In this document: in pieces, positions 1 through 7,788 of the stretch
Layout of the letters: each line of letters starts with the position of its first letter
Position numbering within the stretch: position 1 is the stretch's first letter
Assembly: GCA_963744145.1 (NCBI GenBank)
Contig: CAVUSO010000001.1
Span: 5,440,001 to 5,504,000, forward strand
Reading direction: 5' to 3'
Source of the DNA: an uncultured cyanobacterium
GTDB lineage: Bacteria; Cyanobacteriota; Cyanobacteriia; Cyanobacteriales; CAWUOF01
Length of the DNA: 64,000 nt
Notes under the pieces: generated by a model
Databases searched by the model: none
What the model was told of the DNA's origin: nothing
The model's input: the letters and a program-made list of their open reading frames with translations, nothing else
Program-made: the position numbers and the translations under genes

Positions 1-177
1 GCTCTATTTTTAGTCCCAGGGTGAAAATAGTCATAGGGTCAAAACCAGTAACTGTAACTTTTATCATTCCCAAACTCATTACTTTCTAGACTATTAGAAC
101 AAATTTTAAATAGCTATTCTAGCAACAGAAAACAAAACAACAACAACGCACTCAAAAATATCAGGAATTTCTCAACT

Positions 178-621
178 ATGAAACTCAAAGCATTTTTCTT
201 ATTACCCGGTCTAATTGCTCTAACTCTTGCTGTATCTCCCGTAATCGCTTCCTTTAGTCCCGCTCTTGCTGATTCTACTCAAACAGATGGATATGGTGGA
301 AGACATGAAGAACATGGAAGGGGAGATAGATTTGAAAATTTAAACTTGACTGATGCCCAAAAAGCTCAAGCAAAACAAATTTTTGAATCTAGTCGTCAAC
401 AAGAAGCTGCTGTTTTCACTGCTGATCAACAAGCTCAATTAGCAACAGCCAGAGCCAACCATACTAGACCTAATATAACTCTTAGTCCTGACCAAAAATC
501 ACAACTTAAAGCAATTCACGAAAGTGCAAGAAGCCAATTTGAAGCCATCTTAACGTCAGAGCAACTACAACAACTGAAAAATCAACATCACTCTAACGAT
601 AACTCAGATCAATCACACTAA
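178..621 (+). CDS. Spy/CpxP-family periplasmic chaperone (LTXXQ repeats)
   Basis: Signal peptide; repeated LTDAQ, FTADQ, LSPDQ and LTSEQ motifs. Confidence 0.8.
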   Translation: MKLKAFFLLPGLIALTLAVSPVIASFSPALADSTQTDGYGGRHEEHGRGDRFENLNLTDAQKAQAKQIFESSRQQEAAVFTADQQAQLATARANHTRPNITLSPDQKSQLKAIHESARSQFEAILTSEQLQQLKNQHHSNDNSDQSH

Positions 622-664
622 CCAGTCAATATTTAGGGTCTCCTATTTTCATCCTCGCTAATTT

Positions 665-690
665 GCCCCACTGTAATGGTGGGGCGTTTC
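665..690 (+). terminator. Probable intrinsic terminator
   Basis: GCCCCAC-7nt-GTGGGGC hairpin followed by a short T run, just after the Spy-like gene. Confidence 0.5.
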
Positions 691-851
691 TGATTGGGGA
701 TATTGGGGTTTGCCGATCGCTACCAATTCCTGATCACCCTTGCAAATCTTGATATCTGGACATCATGCTGATCGCATCCCCACCAAATCCCCAATTAATT
801 AAACTTATCAGTCCCATAAGAAACGGTAATGAGATAAACGCCCCATAAGTG

Positions 852-890
852 TTGACAGACTGTAAAGAAAACGTTACATTTATTTACATA
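852..890 (+). promoter_or_regulatory. Sigma70-type promoter overlapped by an HLR1 (RpaB) site
   Basis: TTGACA (852-857), N17, TACATT (875-880); GTTACATT-TA-TTTACATA (873-890) fits the HLR1 direct repeat (G/T)TTACA(T/A)(T/A). Confidence 0.75.
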
Positions 891-914
891 AGTTAACAAA
901 GGAAGGACAGAAAA

Positions 915-1082
915 ATGAAAACCATTAACAACGAAGGTCTACTAAACAACTACGCGAGCGAACCACAGATTTACTATGCAGAATATCCATCCCCAGAAAA
1001 ACAACAACGTTATTTACTGCAAGGTGGAATCTTTATTCTGTCGATCGCTGCATTAATCTTGTTCTCAATTGGCATTAGCTAG
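915..1082 (+). CDS. psb34: Ssl1498/Psb34-family photosystem II assembly protein, 55 aa (not in ORF track)
   Basis: Manual translation MKTINNEGLLNNYASEPQIYYAEYPSPEKQQRYLLQGGIFILSIAALILFSIGIS; GxLNNYAxEP and AEYPSPEQQ-type motifs plus C-terminal TM helix; AAGGA RBS. Confidence 0.85.
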   Translation: MKTINNEGLLNNYASEPQIYYAEYPSPEKQQRYLLQGGIFILSIAALILFSIGIS

Positions 1083-1129
1083 ATTTAGCAATCTAGAGCA
1101 TTAGTGACAGTTAAAAAGACCCCTCTTAA

Positions 1130-1160
1130 TACCCCAAAATATGCTTGGGGTAGTTTTTTG
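1130..1160 (+). terminator. Intrinsic terminator after psb34-like gene
   Basis: ACCCCAA-loop-TTGGGGT followed by a T run. Confidence 0.6.
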
Positions 1161-1230
1161 TTTCTGAGTTTTGATTGCGTGGCGATCGCCAGCAAAATAA
1201 TCAAATCGATTTGATTCATAAATGGCATCT

Positions 1231-1303
1231 AGGGCAAAGCATTGAGGTCATAGATATCTCGAAGAACCCGATCACTGATCTGCCTCAATGCTTTGCCCCT
1301 ACA
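1231..1303. repeat. REP-like long hairpin (GGGCAAAGCATT...AATGCTTTGCCCCTAC family)
   Basis: Inverted arms GGGCAAAGCATTGAGG / CCTCAATGCTTTGCCC; same family recurs near 1610, 5233, 32568 and 52521. Confidence 0.8.
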
Positions 1304-1353
1304 AATCCGGACAAAATTTTGTTAATGTTTTCTTGAGATTCACAAAACCATTC

Positions 1354-1426
1354 CAAAATCTGGCGATCGCAACGAAACTATCCCAAAATCTGGCGATCGA
1401 TATCTCCCTCAAAATCTAGCGATCGC
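1354..1426 (+). repeat. Three short HIP1-containing direct repeats
   Basis: CAAAATCTRGCGATCG occurs three times. Confidence 0.6.
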
Positions 1427-1436
1427 GCAACCCCTC

Positions 1437-1699
1437 GTAGGGGCGAAGCATTCGGGCGATAATTAATCACTTAAACCGATAATATTATACCCGAATGCTT
1501 CGCCCTTCTTCTGGCGATATCTCCCAAAAAACTTAACTGAATGGTATTTTTATATAGTTGACTGAATGGTATTTTTATATAGTTGATCTGCTGGCTGCAT
1601 AGATGGTGAGGGCAAAGCATTTCGGTAATACTATTCTTCGTTTAAGCAATCACTTATTCGCCGAAATGCTTTGCCCCTACGGGTAACTAAATTGGATTG
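1437..1699. mobile_element. Composite MITE/REP block, near-copy of 5087-5324
   Basis: Two REP-like hairpins; degenerate right end TAACTAAATTGGATTG; internal 25-bp tandem duplication at 1536-1585. Confidence 0.75.
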
Positions 1700-1726
1700 T
1701 AATATATTAGTAGGACTTATTTAGAA

Positions 1727-3706
1727 TCAATCCAAATCTATTTTGGCAAAGTGGTCTTGCAAATACTTATGTATAAAGCGATAGCGACCACCAATACGTT
1801 GCAATAAAAGACGTTCGGTGCAGTAGTTGAGCAGAAGATCATAGCGCAAGGGCACATAGTGATTCCAGGCAAGGATAAAACGCAGAGCAATGTGTTGTAT
1901 TAATGCTTGCCCACCACCTGCCTGAAAACATAAAAAAATTAAAATAGCTATAGAAGTCGCAATTAATATAGGGATAACTTGAGGATTAACGATACTGATA
2001 TTCGTGAGTATATGTTCTAAGAGGACCTTAAGGGGTATTGCTAACACCACGGCAATTAGAGTTAATACTACCATATTTTTCAGTGAGTTTTTGATGCCCT
2101 GATTAGGCTCAATCCTAGTTTGGATATCAGTTTTTAGCCCATGAATCAGCCCATGAATCAGCCCAAGAACCAGCCCAAAACCCAGCCCAAAACCCAGCCC
2201 AAAACTCAGCCCAAAACCCAGCCCATGAATCAGCCCAAGAACCAGCCCAAAACCCAGCCCAAAACTCAGCCCAAAACCCAGCCCGTAAGCAAGTGATCGT
2301 AAAATTTCTCGTCCTACTTTGTAGGACATTGAAATTGAAATTACTTCTACTGGCTCAATTTTCCCACCAACCAGACCACCAGCCAGCCCACCAGCCAGCC
2401 CAATAACCAGCCCAATAACCAGCCCAATAACCAGCAAACCAACCAGCAGACCAACCAGCCCAATAACCAGCCCAACAACGAGTTTATATGCCAATTTTTG
2501 CCGCCGAATAATAAGTTCGGTTGGCTGCATTTTTTCGATTAATAATTCCGTGCTAGATTCGCGAGAAAGCATCTTAGCGGTAAAAATAAGCGATCGCTTG
2601 ACTTGTTTATTTGATGGCAGTAACTTAGTACCATAAGTTTTGCTGCGAACACCTCGCCTTTTTTCATTAGGGTCAATAATCAATTCACGAGTAATAGTTG
2701 TTTCCCAATAAGTATTGAGCAAATATTCAATTCTTGTCTCGGAATCAATACGCGATCGCCAAGATTCAAGAGAAAACTTTCCTTGTGTCTGCACCAAACC
2801 AAACATAGATAAAAACAGAGGCGTTTTCAGCATCGCCTGCAAAGCTTCATCTTGCTGCACCGTTTGCCATACATCCTGCAACTGAAACTGAGTAAAATAT
2901 TCTTTAATTTGCTCAATAGTTAATGCTTGCAAATAAATCGCCCCATACAGATTCAGACGCTGCCGCACCGCATTCTCAAACTCTTCTCGCCGACAACAAA
3001 CTAACACACCGCAAGGTTGCTGCTCAATATCCCCCGTCAACCAAATATTAAGCATTTTTGCACAATCTTCTTGATACTGGGTTGCTACCTCATCCAACCC
3101 ATCCAGCATAGGTAAAAGTTGATTTTCCTTTAGCCATTGCTTTGCCAAATCCTGACCAATCCCATATTTTTCCTTCAACTCACCCAACAACCACTCATAA
3201 ATTGATTGCTGCGGATCTTTCCAAGAGGACAAACTAAGTAAAACTGGGATTGGCTCGATTTTATCTTTTATCGCTCTTTGCAACAAATCCTGTGCCAATT
3301 CCAGCATCATCGTAGTTTTACCAGAACCTGGTTCACCCAGAATTAGCAATTTACGCTCAATTTCTGGGCGATCGAATACCTCTACAATTCGAGTTCCAGC
3401 ATCCAAGGGTACTGCTAACTGGGATGCTTGCGCGATCGTTGCTGACCAAGGACGTTGGATGCGATAGTCTTGCTGTTCCATTCCCAGAATCAGCCATACT
3501 GCATTGTGCAACGACTGTGATAACCGCTCCTTTATCTCTGTTTTTACTGTTAGTAACAGTTTTTCTTGGGATGGTTCTCGTTTAGCTTTTAGTGGTTTTG
3601 GATCTTTTACTGTTAGTAACAGTTTTTCTTGGGATGGTTCTCGTTTAGCTTTTAGTGGTTTTGGATCAGGTTGAGAATTGCAGGTTAAGACTTTTTTGCT
3701 AGTGCC
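1727..3706 (-). CDS. NACHT (STAND) NTPase with C-terminal multi-TM Gly-Leu repeat region; frame open from 3706, first start codon only at 3511 (TTG), probably entered by -1 frameshift
   Basis: Walker A GEPGSGKTT; Walker B LLPMLDGLDEV; GLxx TM repeats; C-terminal LLQRIGGRYRFIH; protein-like coding sequence continues upstream of 3511 (QEKLLLTVKTEIKERLSQSLHNAV). Confidence 0.85.
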   Translation of the reverse strand, partial: GTSKKVLTCNSQPDPKPLKAKREPSQEKLLLTVKDPKPLKAKREPSQEKLLLTVKTEIKERLSQSLHNAVWLILGMEQQDYRIQRPWSATIAQASQLAVPLDAGTRIVEVFDRPEIERKLLILGEPGSGKTTMMLELAQDLLQRAIKDKIEPIPVLLSLSSWKDPQQSIYEWLLGELKEKYGIGQDLAKQWLKENQLLPMLDGLDEVATQYQEDCAKMLNIWLTGDIEQQPCGVLVCCRREEFENAVRQRLNLYGAIYLQALTIEQIKEYFTQFQLQDVWQTVQQDEALQAMLKTPLFLSMFGLVQTQGKFSLESWRSRIDSETRIEYLLNTYWETTITRELIIDPNEKRRGVRSKTYGTKLLPSNKQVKRSLIFTAKMLSRESSTELLIEKMQPTELIIRRQKLAYKLVVGLVIGLVGLLVGLLVIGLVIGLVIGLAGGLAGGLVGGKIEPVEVISISMSYKVGREILRSLAYGLGFGLSFGLGFGLVLGLIHGLGFGLSFGLGFGLGFGLVLGLIHGLIHGLKTDIQTRIEPNQGIKNSLKNMVVLTLIAVVLAIPLKVLLEHILTNISIVNPQVIPILIATSIAILIFLCFQAGGGQALIQHIALRFILAWNHYVPLRYDLLLNYCTERLLLQRIGGRYRFIHKYLQDHFAKIDLD
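2136..2476 (-). repeat. 12-bp coding tandem repeats (GLGF/GLIH/GLVI units) inside the NACHT gene
   Basis: CAGCCCAAAACC and ACCAGCCCAATA units in two blocks. Confidence 0.85.
3542..3667 (-). repeat. Perfect 63-bp in-frame tandem duplication
   Basis: 3542-3604 equals 3605-3667; encodes DPKPLKAKREPSQEKLLLTVK twice. Confidence 0.95.
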
Positions 3707-4176
3707 TTAGACCACTTTATAAAAGTTGGGAAATGCGATCGCAAAAAGTTCTCTGTGTCCAGCTCTGCTTCATAGGACACATTAACAAACGGTGGTAGTA
3801 GAGACAGTGCCCCCTTTAACTTAGCAGCCGCAGGTGTTTCCGGTTTACTCACTTCAGCATAAATTTTCTGTAGCCATTCCAAGACTTCATCAGAATATTG
3901 CTGACTCGTTTGCAGTTGTCCCACTTGTTCTACAATCTCAGCAACAACAACTTCTGGTGCTGGATCTAGTATCGTGGTTGTCGCGGGTTCATCCGCCAAA
4001 ATTTGCCAATATTCTCTTTCAAACGGTTGCATCTCTTTTTTCAAATCCTTAATCTGCTGCTTAATCCGAGCCCGTTCTTCGGGAGCAATCGTTATTAATG
4101 TATCTTCTTTTCCTGCCAATTGGTCACGCAAACGGGTCAAATTTCTTTCAAGTTGGCGCAAGCGATCGCTGGACAT
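3685..4176 (-). CDS. Helical/coiled-coil hypothetical protein; candidate N-terminal module of the NACHT protein
   Basis: 163-aa ORF ending GCA AAA AAG TCT TAA, overlapping the NACHT frame. Confidence 0.75.
   Translation of the reverse strand: MSSDRLRQLERNLTRLRDQLAGKEDTLITIAPEERARIKQQIKDLKKEMQPFEREYWQILADEPATTTILDPAPEVVVAEIVEQVGQLQTSQQYSDEVLEWLQKIYAEVSKPETPAAAKLKGALSLLPPFVNVSYEAELDTENFLRSHFPTFIKWSKALAKKS
3691..3697 (-). other. Candidate -1 ribosomal frameshift heptamer A_AAA_AAG
   Basis: Correctly phased in the 163-aa ORF, two codons before its stop; the -1 frame is the NACHT frame. Confidence 0.65.
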
Positions 4177-4344
4177 CTATCCACTCCAAAAGTTTTTAAA
4201 CCACTATATTCGGTTTTACTCCATCAATACCACTAGGCGGAAGCAAGCTACGCTTTTGACAGATCAGAATTTTCTCTCTTATCCTTAGTTAGTAAACGAC
4301 AATACAGTCAAGTTTAACTAGAAATAGAAATCTAGAAAAAAACC

Positions 4345-4938
4345 ATGTCTACCTTAATTCAAAACTTAACTGAAAACCCACCAGAGAAAAAAAATTGGAC
4401 TGATGACGAATTCATGACCCTGAGTCGAGATGGACATCGCTACGAAATTGTCAATGGCAAACTAATGGATATGGGAAACTCTGGCGCAAAACACGGTTAT
4501 ATTGCCATTATTTTAAGTGCTGCTTTGTTTAATTTTGTATCAACCAGAAAATTAGGAGTCTTGCTGGACTCTAGCACTGCATTTAAGATGAAATCAGGAA
4601 ATAAGCGATCGCCCGATATTTCCTTTGTGGATAAAAAACATTTACAAGGAATAGACGATCTCCCCAATGATTTTCTCGAAGGTGCCCCTGATCTGGCGAT
4701 AGAAATCCTGTCTCCTAGCAATACAGTGGCAGAAATACATGACAAACTGGTGGAATATTTTGAGAATGGGGCACGTTTAGTGTGGGTAATCCATCCTCAA
4801 GAACATTATGTTTTGGTTTATCGTTCTAGATTGGGACCCGATCGTCTGCTCAAGTCTACCGACTCCCTCAATGGTGAAGAAGTAATCCCTGATTTCACTT
4901 TCCCGATCGCGGATCTGTTTCAAAAACTCGCTTTTTAA
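4345..4938 (+). CDS. Uma2-family (DUF820) putative endonuclease
   Basis: RYEIVNG, RSPDISF, APDLAIEILSPSN and YFENGARLVWVI motifs. Confidence 0.9.
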   Translation: MSTLIQNLTENPPEKKNWTDDEFMTLSRDGHRYEIVNGKLMDMGNSGAKHGYIAIILSAALFNFVSTRKLGVLLDSSTAFKMKSGNKRSPDISFVDKKHLQGIDDLPNDFLEGAPDLAIEILSPSNTVAEIHDKLVEYFENGARLVWVIHPQEHYVLVYRSRLGPDRLLKSTDSLNGEEVIPDFTFPIADLFQKLAF

Positions 4939-5067
4939 GCGAATATCCGGTTTGTTAAGGATAGTAAAGTAATTTATTAATCAAACTATTTTTATATTGC
5001 AATACCACCGCGACAGCTTGTTGTTAACCTATCTACTTACCGGAGAATATTGATGCAAGTTATAGAT

Positions 5068-5324
5068 CAATACGGTTCAGTTAACTGTAGGGGCGAAGCA
5101 TTCGGGCGATAATTAATCACTTAAACCGATAATATTATCTCCGAATGCTTCGCCCTTTTTCTGGCGATATCTCCCAAAAAACTTAACTGAATGGTATTTT
5201 TATATAGTTGATCTGCTGGTTGCATAAATGGTGAGGGCAAAGCATTTCGGTAATACTATTCTTAGTTTAAGCCATCATTTACTCGCCGAAATGCTTTGCC
5301 CCTACAGGTAACTGAACCGTATTG
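5068..5324. mobile_element. MITE composite with 16-bp terminal inverted repeats
   Basis: CAATACGGTTCAGTTA ... TAACTGAACCGTATTG enclosing two REP-like hairpins. Confidence 0.8.
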
Positions 5325-5410
5325 AGTAACTATCGAGGAAAGCATTTCCGGTATTAGTAATACAACGAATTTTCATAATTAGATTCTACTGTTGTTTAGG
5401 GACAGTTTTG

Positions 5411-5455
5411 TGCTAGTGCCTTAGACCACTTTCTAAAAGTTGGGAGATGCGATCG
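5411..5455 (-). pseudogene. 45-bp remnant copy of the 3' end of the 163-aa ORF
   Basis: 43/45 identical to 3697-3741 by manual comparison. Confidence 0.8.
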
Positions 5456-5636
5456 GGCTTGCCCATAAGTAATTAGTTTAACTTATTTTATTTTAATTAC
5501 AACTAAATAAAAATTATATTTTAATTTTGGACTGACATAGTAACAAAACTTAAAGACTGATAATTACCTAGAAGTAGTAGGCTGAAAGACAAATAGCCAT
5601 TAAAATTGAAAAACCGTAACAAAAGGAAAAACTCTC

Positions 5637-5849
5637 ATGGTTCAACGCGGTTCTAAGGTTCGGATTCTCCGTAAAGAATCTTACTGGTTTCAGGATCTCG
5701 GTGTAGTTGCTTCTGTGGACCAAAGCGGGATCAAATATCCTGTGATTGTTCGTTTTGACAAGGTTAACTACTCTGGGATCAATACTAACAACTTTGCTGC
5801 CAGTGAATTGGTAGAAGTTGAAGCCCCAAAAGCCAAAGCCAAAAAGTAA
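5637..5849 (+). CDS. psaE: Photosystem I subunit IV
   Basis: [18 protein letters not shown]...[21 protein letters not shown]. Confidence 0.98.
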   Translation: MVQRGSKVRILRKESYWFQDLGVVASVDQSGIKYPVIVRFDKVNYSGINTNNFAASELVEVEAPKAKAKK

Positions 5850-5938
5850 GCAGCTAAAAGGCTCGTGATTATACCATAAGGTAGCCAAAGCTGTCAAGTT
5901 AGGGCACGTCCAACCAATCAAGTCAACAGCGTTAAACT

Positions 5939-6796
5939 GTGCCAGAACTACCTGAAGTTGAAACGGTAAAACGGGGTTTAAATCAAAAAACCCTGATGCA
6001 AAAAATAGTGGGTGGGGAAGTGGTGCTTGATCGGACCATTGCTCACCCTCTTTCTTGTGCAGATTTTCTAGCTGGTGTGACTGGGACAGCGATCGCGAAG
6101 TGGTACAGAAAAGGAAAATATTTGCTAGCTGAACTTACTCAACTAGAAGGTGAATCACCCAGATCAGCAGGTTGGTTAGGTGTTCATCTCCGGATGACAG
6201 GACAACTGTTGTGGTTAGAGCAAGATACACCATTACAAAAACATACTCGTTTACGGCTATTTTTTGGCGATCGCCAGGAATTGCGTTTTGTCGATCAGCG
6301 GACCTTTGGTAAAGTCTGGTGGGTGTCCCCAGGAGTTGAACCAGCAAGTATTATTACTGGGTTAGGACACTTAGGACCAGAACCATTTACGCCAGAATTT
6401 TCCCTTCTATACTTAGTTAATAAACTCCAACGTAGTCAACGTGCGATTAAAACAGCCATACTTGATCAATCTCTAGTTGCAGGTGTGGGTAATATTTATG
6501 CTGATGAAGCACTATTTGTGAGTAGGATTCGACCGGAAACTAATTGCACCAAGTTAACGACCGAGCAGATTTCTCGTTTGCGATCGGCCATAATTGAGGT
6601 GTTACAAGCAGGGATTGATTCTGGTGGTACTACATTTAGTAACTTTCTCAATATCCATGGGGTAAATGGTAATTATGCCGGAATCGCTTGGGTGTATAAT
6701 CGGGCTGGACAACCTTGTCGTAACTGTAGTACCCCGATCGAAAGATTAAAATTAGCTGGTATATTTAGTCATTTCTGTCCAAAATGCCAACATTAA
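5939..6796 (+). CDS. mutM: Formamidopyrimidine-DNA glycosylase
   Basis: N-terminal PELPEVE; HLRMTG; GVGNIYADE; C-terminal CxxC...CxxC zinc finger. Confidence 0.97.
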   Translation: MPELPEVETVKRGLNQKTLMQKIVGGEVVLDRTIAHPLSCADFLAGVTGTAIAKWYRKGKYLLAELTQLEGESPRSAGWLGVHLRMTGQLLWLEQDTPLQKHTRLRLFFGDRQELRFVDQRTFGKVWWVSPGVEPASIITGLGHLGPEPFTPEFSLLYLVNKLQRSQRAIKTAILDQSLVAGVGNIYADEALFVSRIRPETNCTKLTTEQISRLRSAIIEVLQAGIDSGGTTFSNFLNIHGVNGNYAGIAWVYNRAGQPCRNCSTPIERLKLAGIFSHFCPKCQH

Positions 6797-6799
6797 CCA

Positions 6800-7435
6800 T
6801 TAAGGACAAGAACATTTAGTCACAGGTTGACAGTGTTGATGATGTCTAGGATGTCGGTGATTAGTATCCCAATCGTCATAATAAGTGTCAGTTGTACATT
6901 CCTGTTGATCTTGACAAACAGTACTTCGTCCAAAAGTACCAGTATCACGAATATTCACATAGAGAGTTAAAGAGCCTTTTTCAATCACACTTTTATTGTC
7001 CCAAATTTCATAATCAAAATTATTTTCTCCAGACACAACGGAAAAAGTCTGGTCGTGTTGTCGGAAGTTTAACTTAAAATCAAAGCCTTCGGAAGATTGA
7101 CCATGGTCATACTCTCGGTCAGTATAAGGGAAAGAATCGTGATAAACTTGCTTGGTCACATTGCGAATGATTACCCTTCTTCCTGGAGCAGGAGGGGTTG
7201 AATTTGACATAAAGTAAGCTTTGATGCTCGGAGGTTCAAAAGCAGTTCCAGGACATTGTCCCACATATTTAACTCGATTAAATTCTAAAGTATTGCTGGA
7301 ATTATAGGTATCTTGGTTTTCAATGAAAAATTTGGCTGAGGGTGTAGACTCGGGTAAGGAAAAATCAGCGCTGAACACAAATGCGATAGTAGTCGCGATC
7401 GCTGAACCAACCAACAAAAAACGTTGCAAATACAT
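6800..7435 (-). CDS. Secreted hypothetical protein with Cys/His-rich C-terminus (start probably ATG 7435)
   Basis: Hydrophobic N-terminal signal; tail CQDQQEC...HRHPRHHQHCQPVTKCSCP. Confidence 0.65.
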   Translation of the reverse strand: MYLQRFLLVGSAIATTIAFVFSADFSLPESTPSAKFFIENQDTYNSSNTLEFNRVKYVGQCPGTAFEPPSIKAYFMSNSTPPAPGRRVIIRNVTKQVYHDSFPYTDREYDHGQSSEGFDFKLNFRQHDQTFSVVSGENNFDYEIWDNKSVIEKGSLTLYVNIRDTGTFGRSTVCQDQQECTTDTYYDDWDTNHRHPRHHQHCQPVTKCSCP

Positions 7436-7542
7436 AGTGATAACTGGATATTGGACCAAGAAAATTGACTAAGGAGATTACTCCCTTAGTTCCACAAATA
7501 CTTTAAAATTAAAATTGTATCCCCAGATTTTTGAGCGAGCTT

Positions 7543-7758
7543 ATGACAGTTAAAAAAGGTGATCTAGTGCGTGCGATCCGGGAAAAGTTGGAAAATAGCT
7601 TAGAAGCAAAAGCTAGTGATTCTCGTTTTTCCCCTTATTTATTTGAAAGTAAAGGTGAAGTGTTAGACTTACGAGGTGATTATGCTTTGGTCAAATTTGG
7701 GTTAGTGCCTACTCCAAATATTTGGTTAAAGCTTGACCAGATCGAACCTTATCAGTAA
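7543..7758 (+). CDS. ndhO: NDH-1 subunit O
   Basis: [27 protein letters not shown]...[11 protein letters not shown] at 7543. Confidence 0.93.
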   Translation: MTVKKGDLVRAIREKLENSLEAKASDSRFSPYLFESKGEVLDLRGDYALVKFGLVPTPNIWLKLDQIEPYQ

Positions 7759-7788
7759 ACTAGTTGAATATCGACATTTTTATTTACT

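Noticed and set aside
861..878. NtcA site (TGTA...TACA)
   Set aside because: Spacing is GTA-N10-TAC, not N8; HLR1 explains the region better.
2136..2476. CRISPR-like array
   Set aside because: Units are contiguous 12-bp coding repeats with no spacers; no cas genes.
4345..4938. Uma2 genes (three in the window) as a specific defence system
   Set aside because: The family is highly expanded and scattered in cyanobacteria; no consistent partner here.
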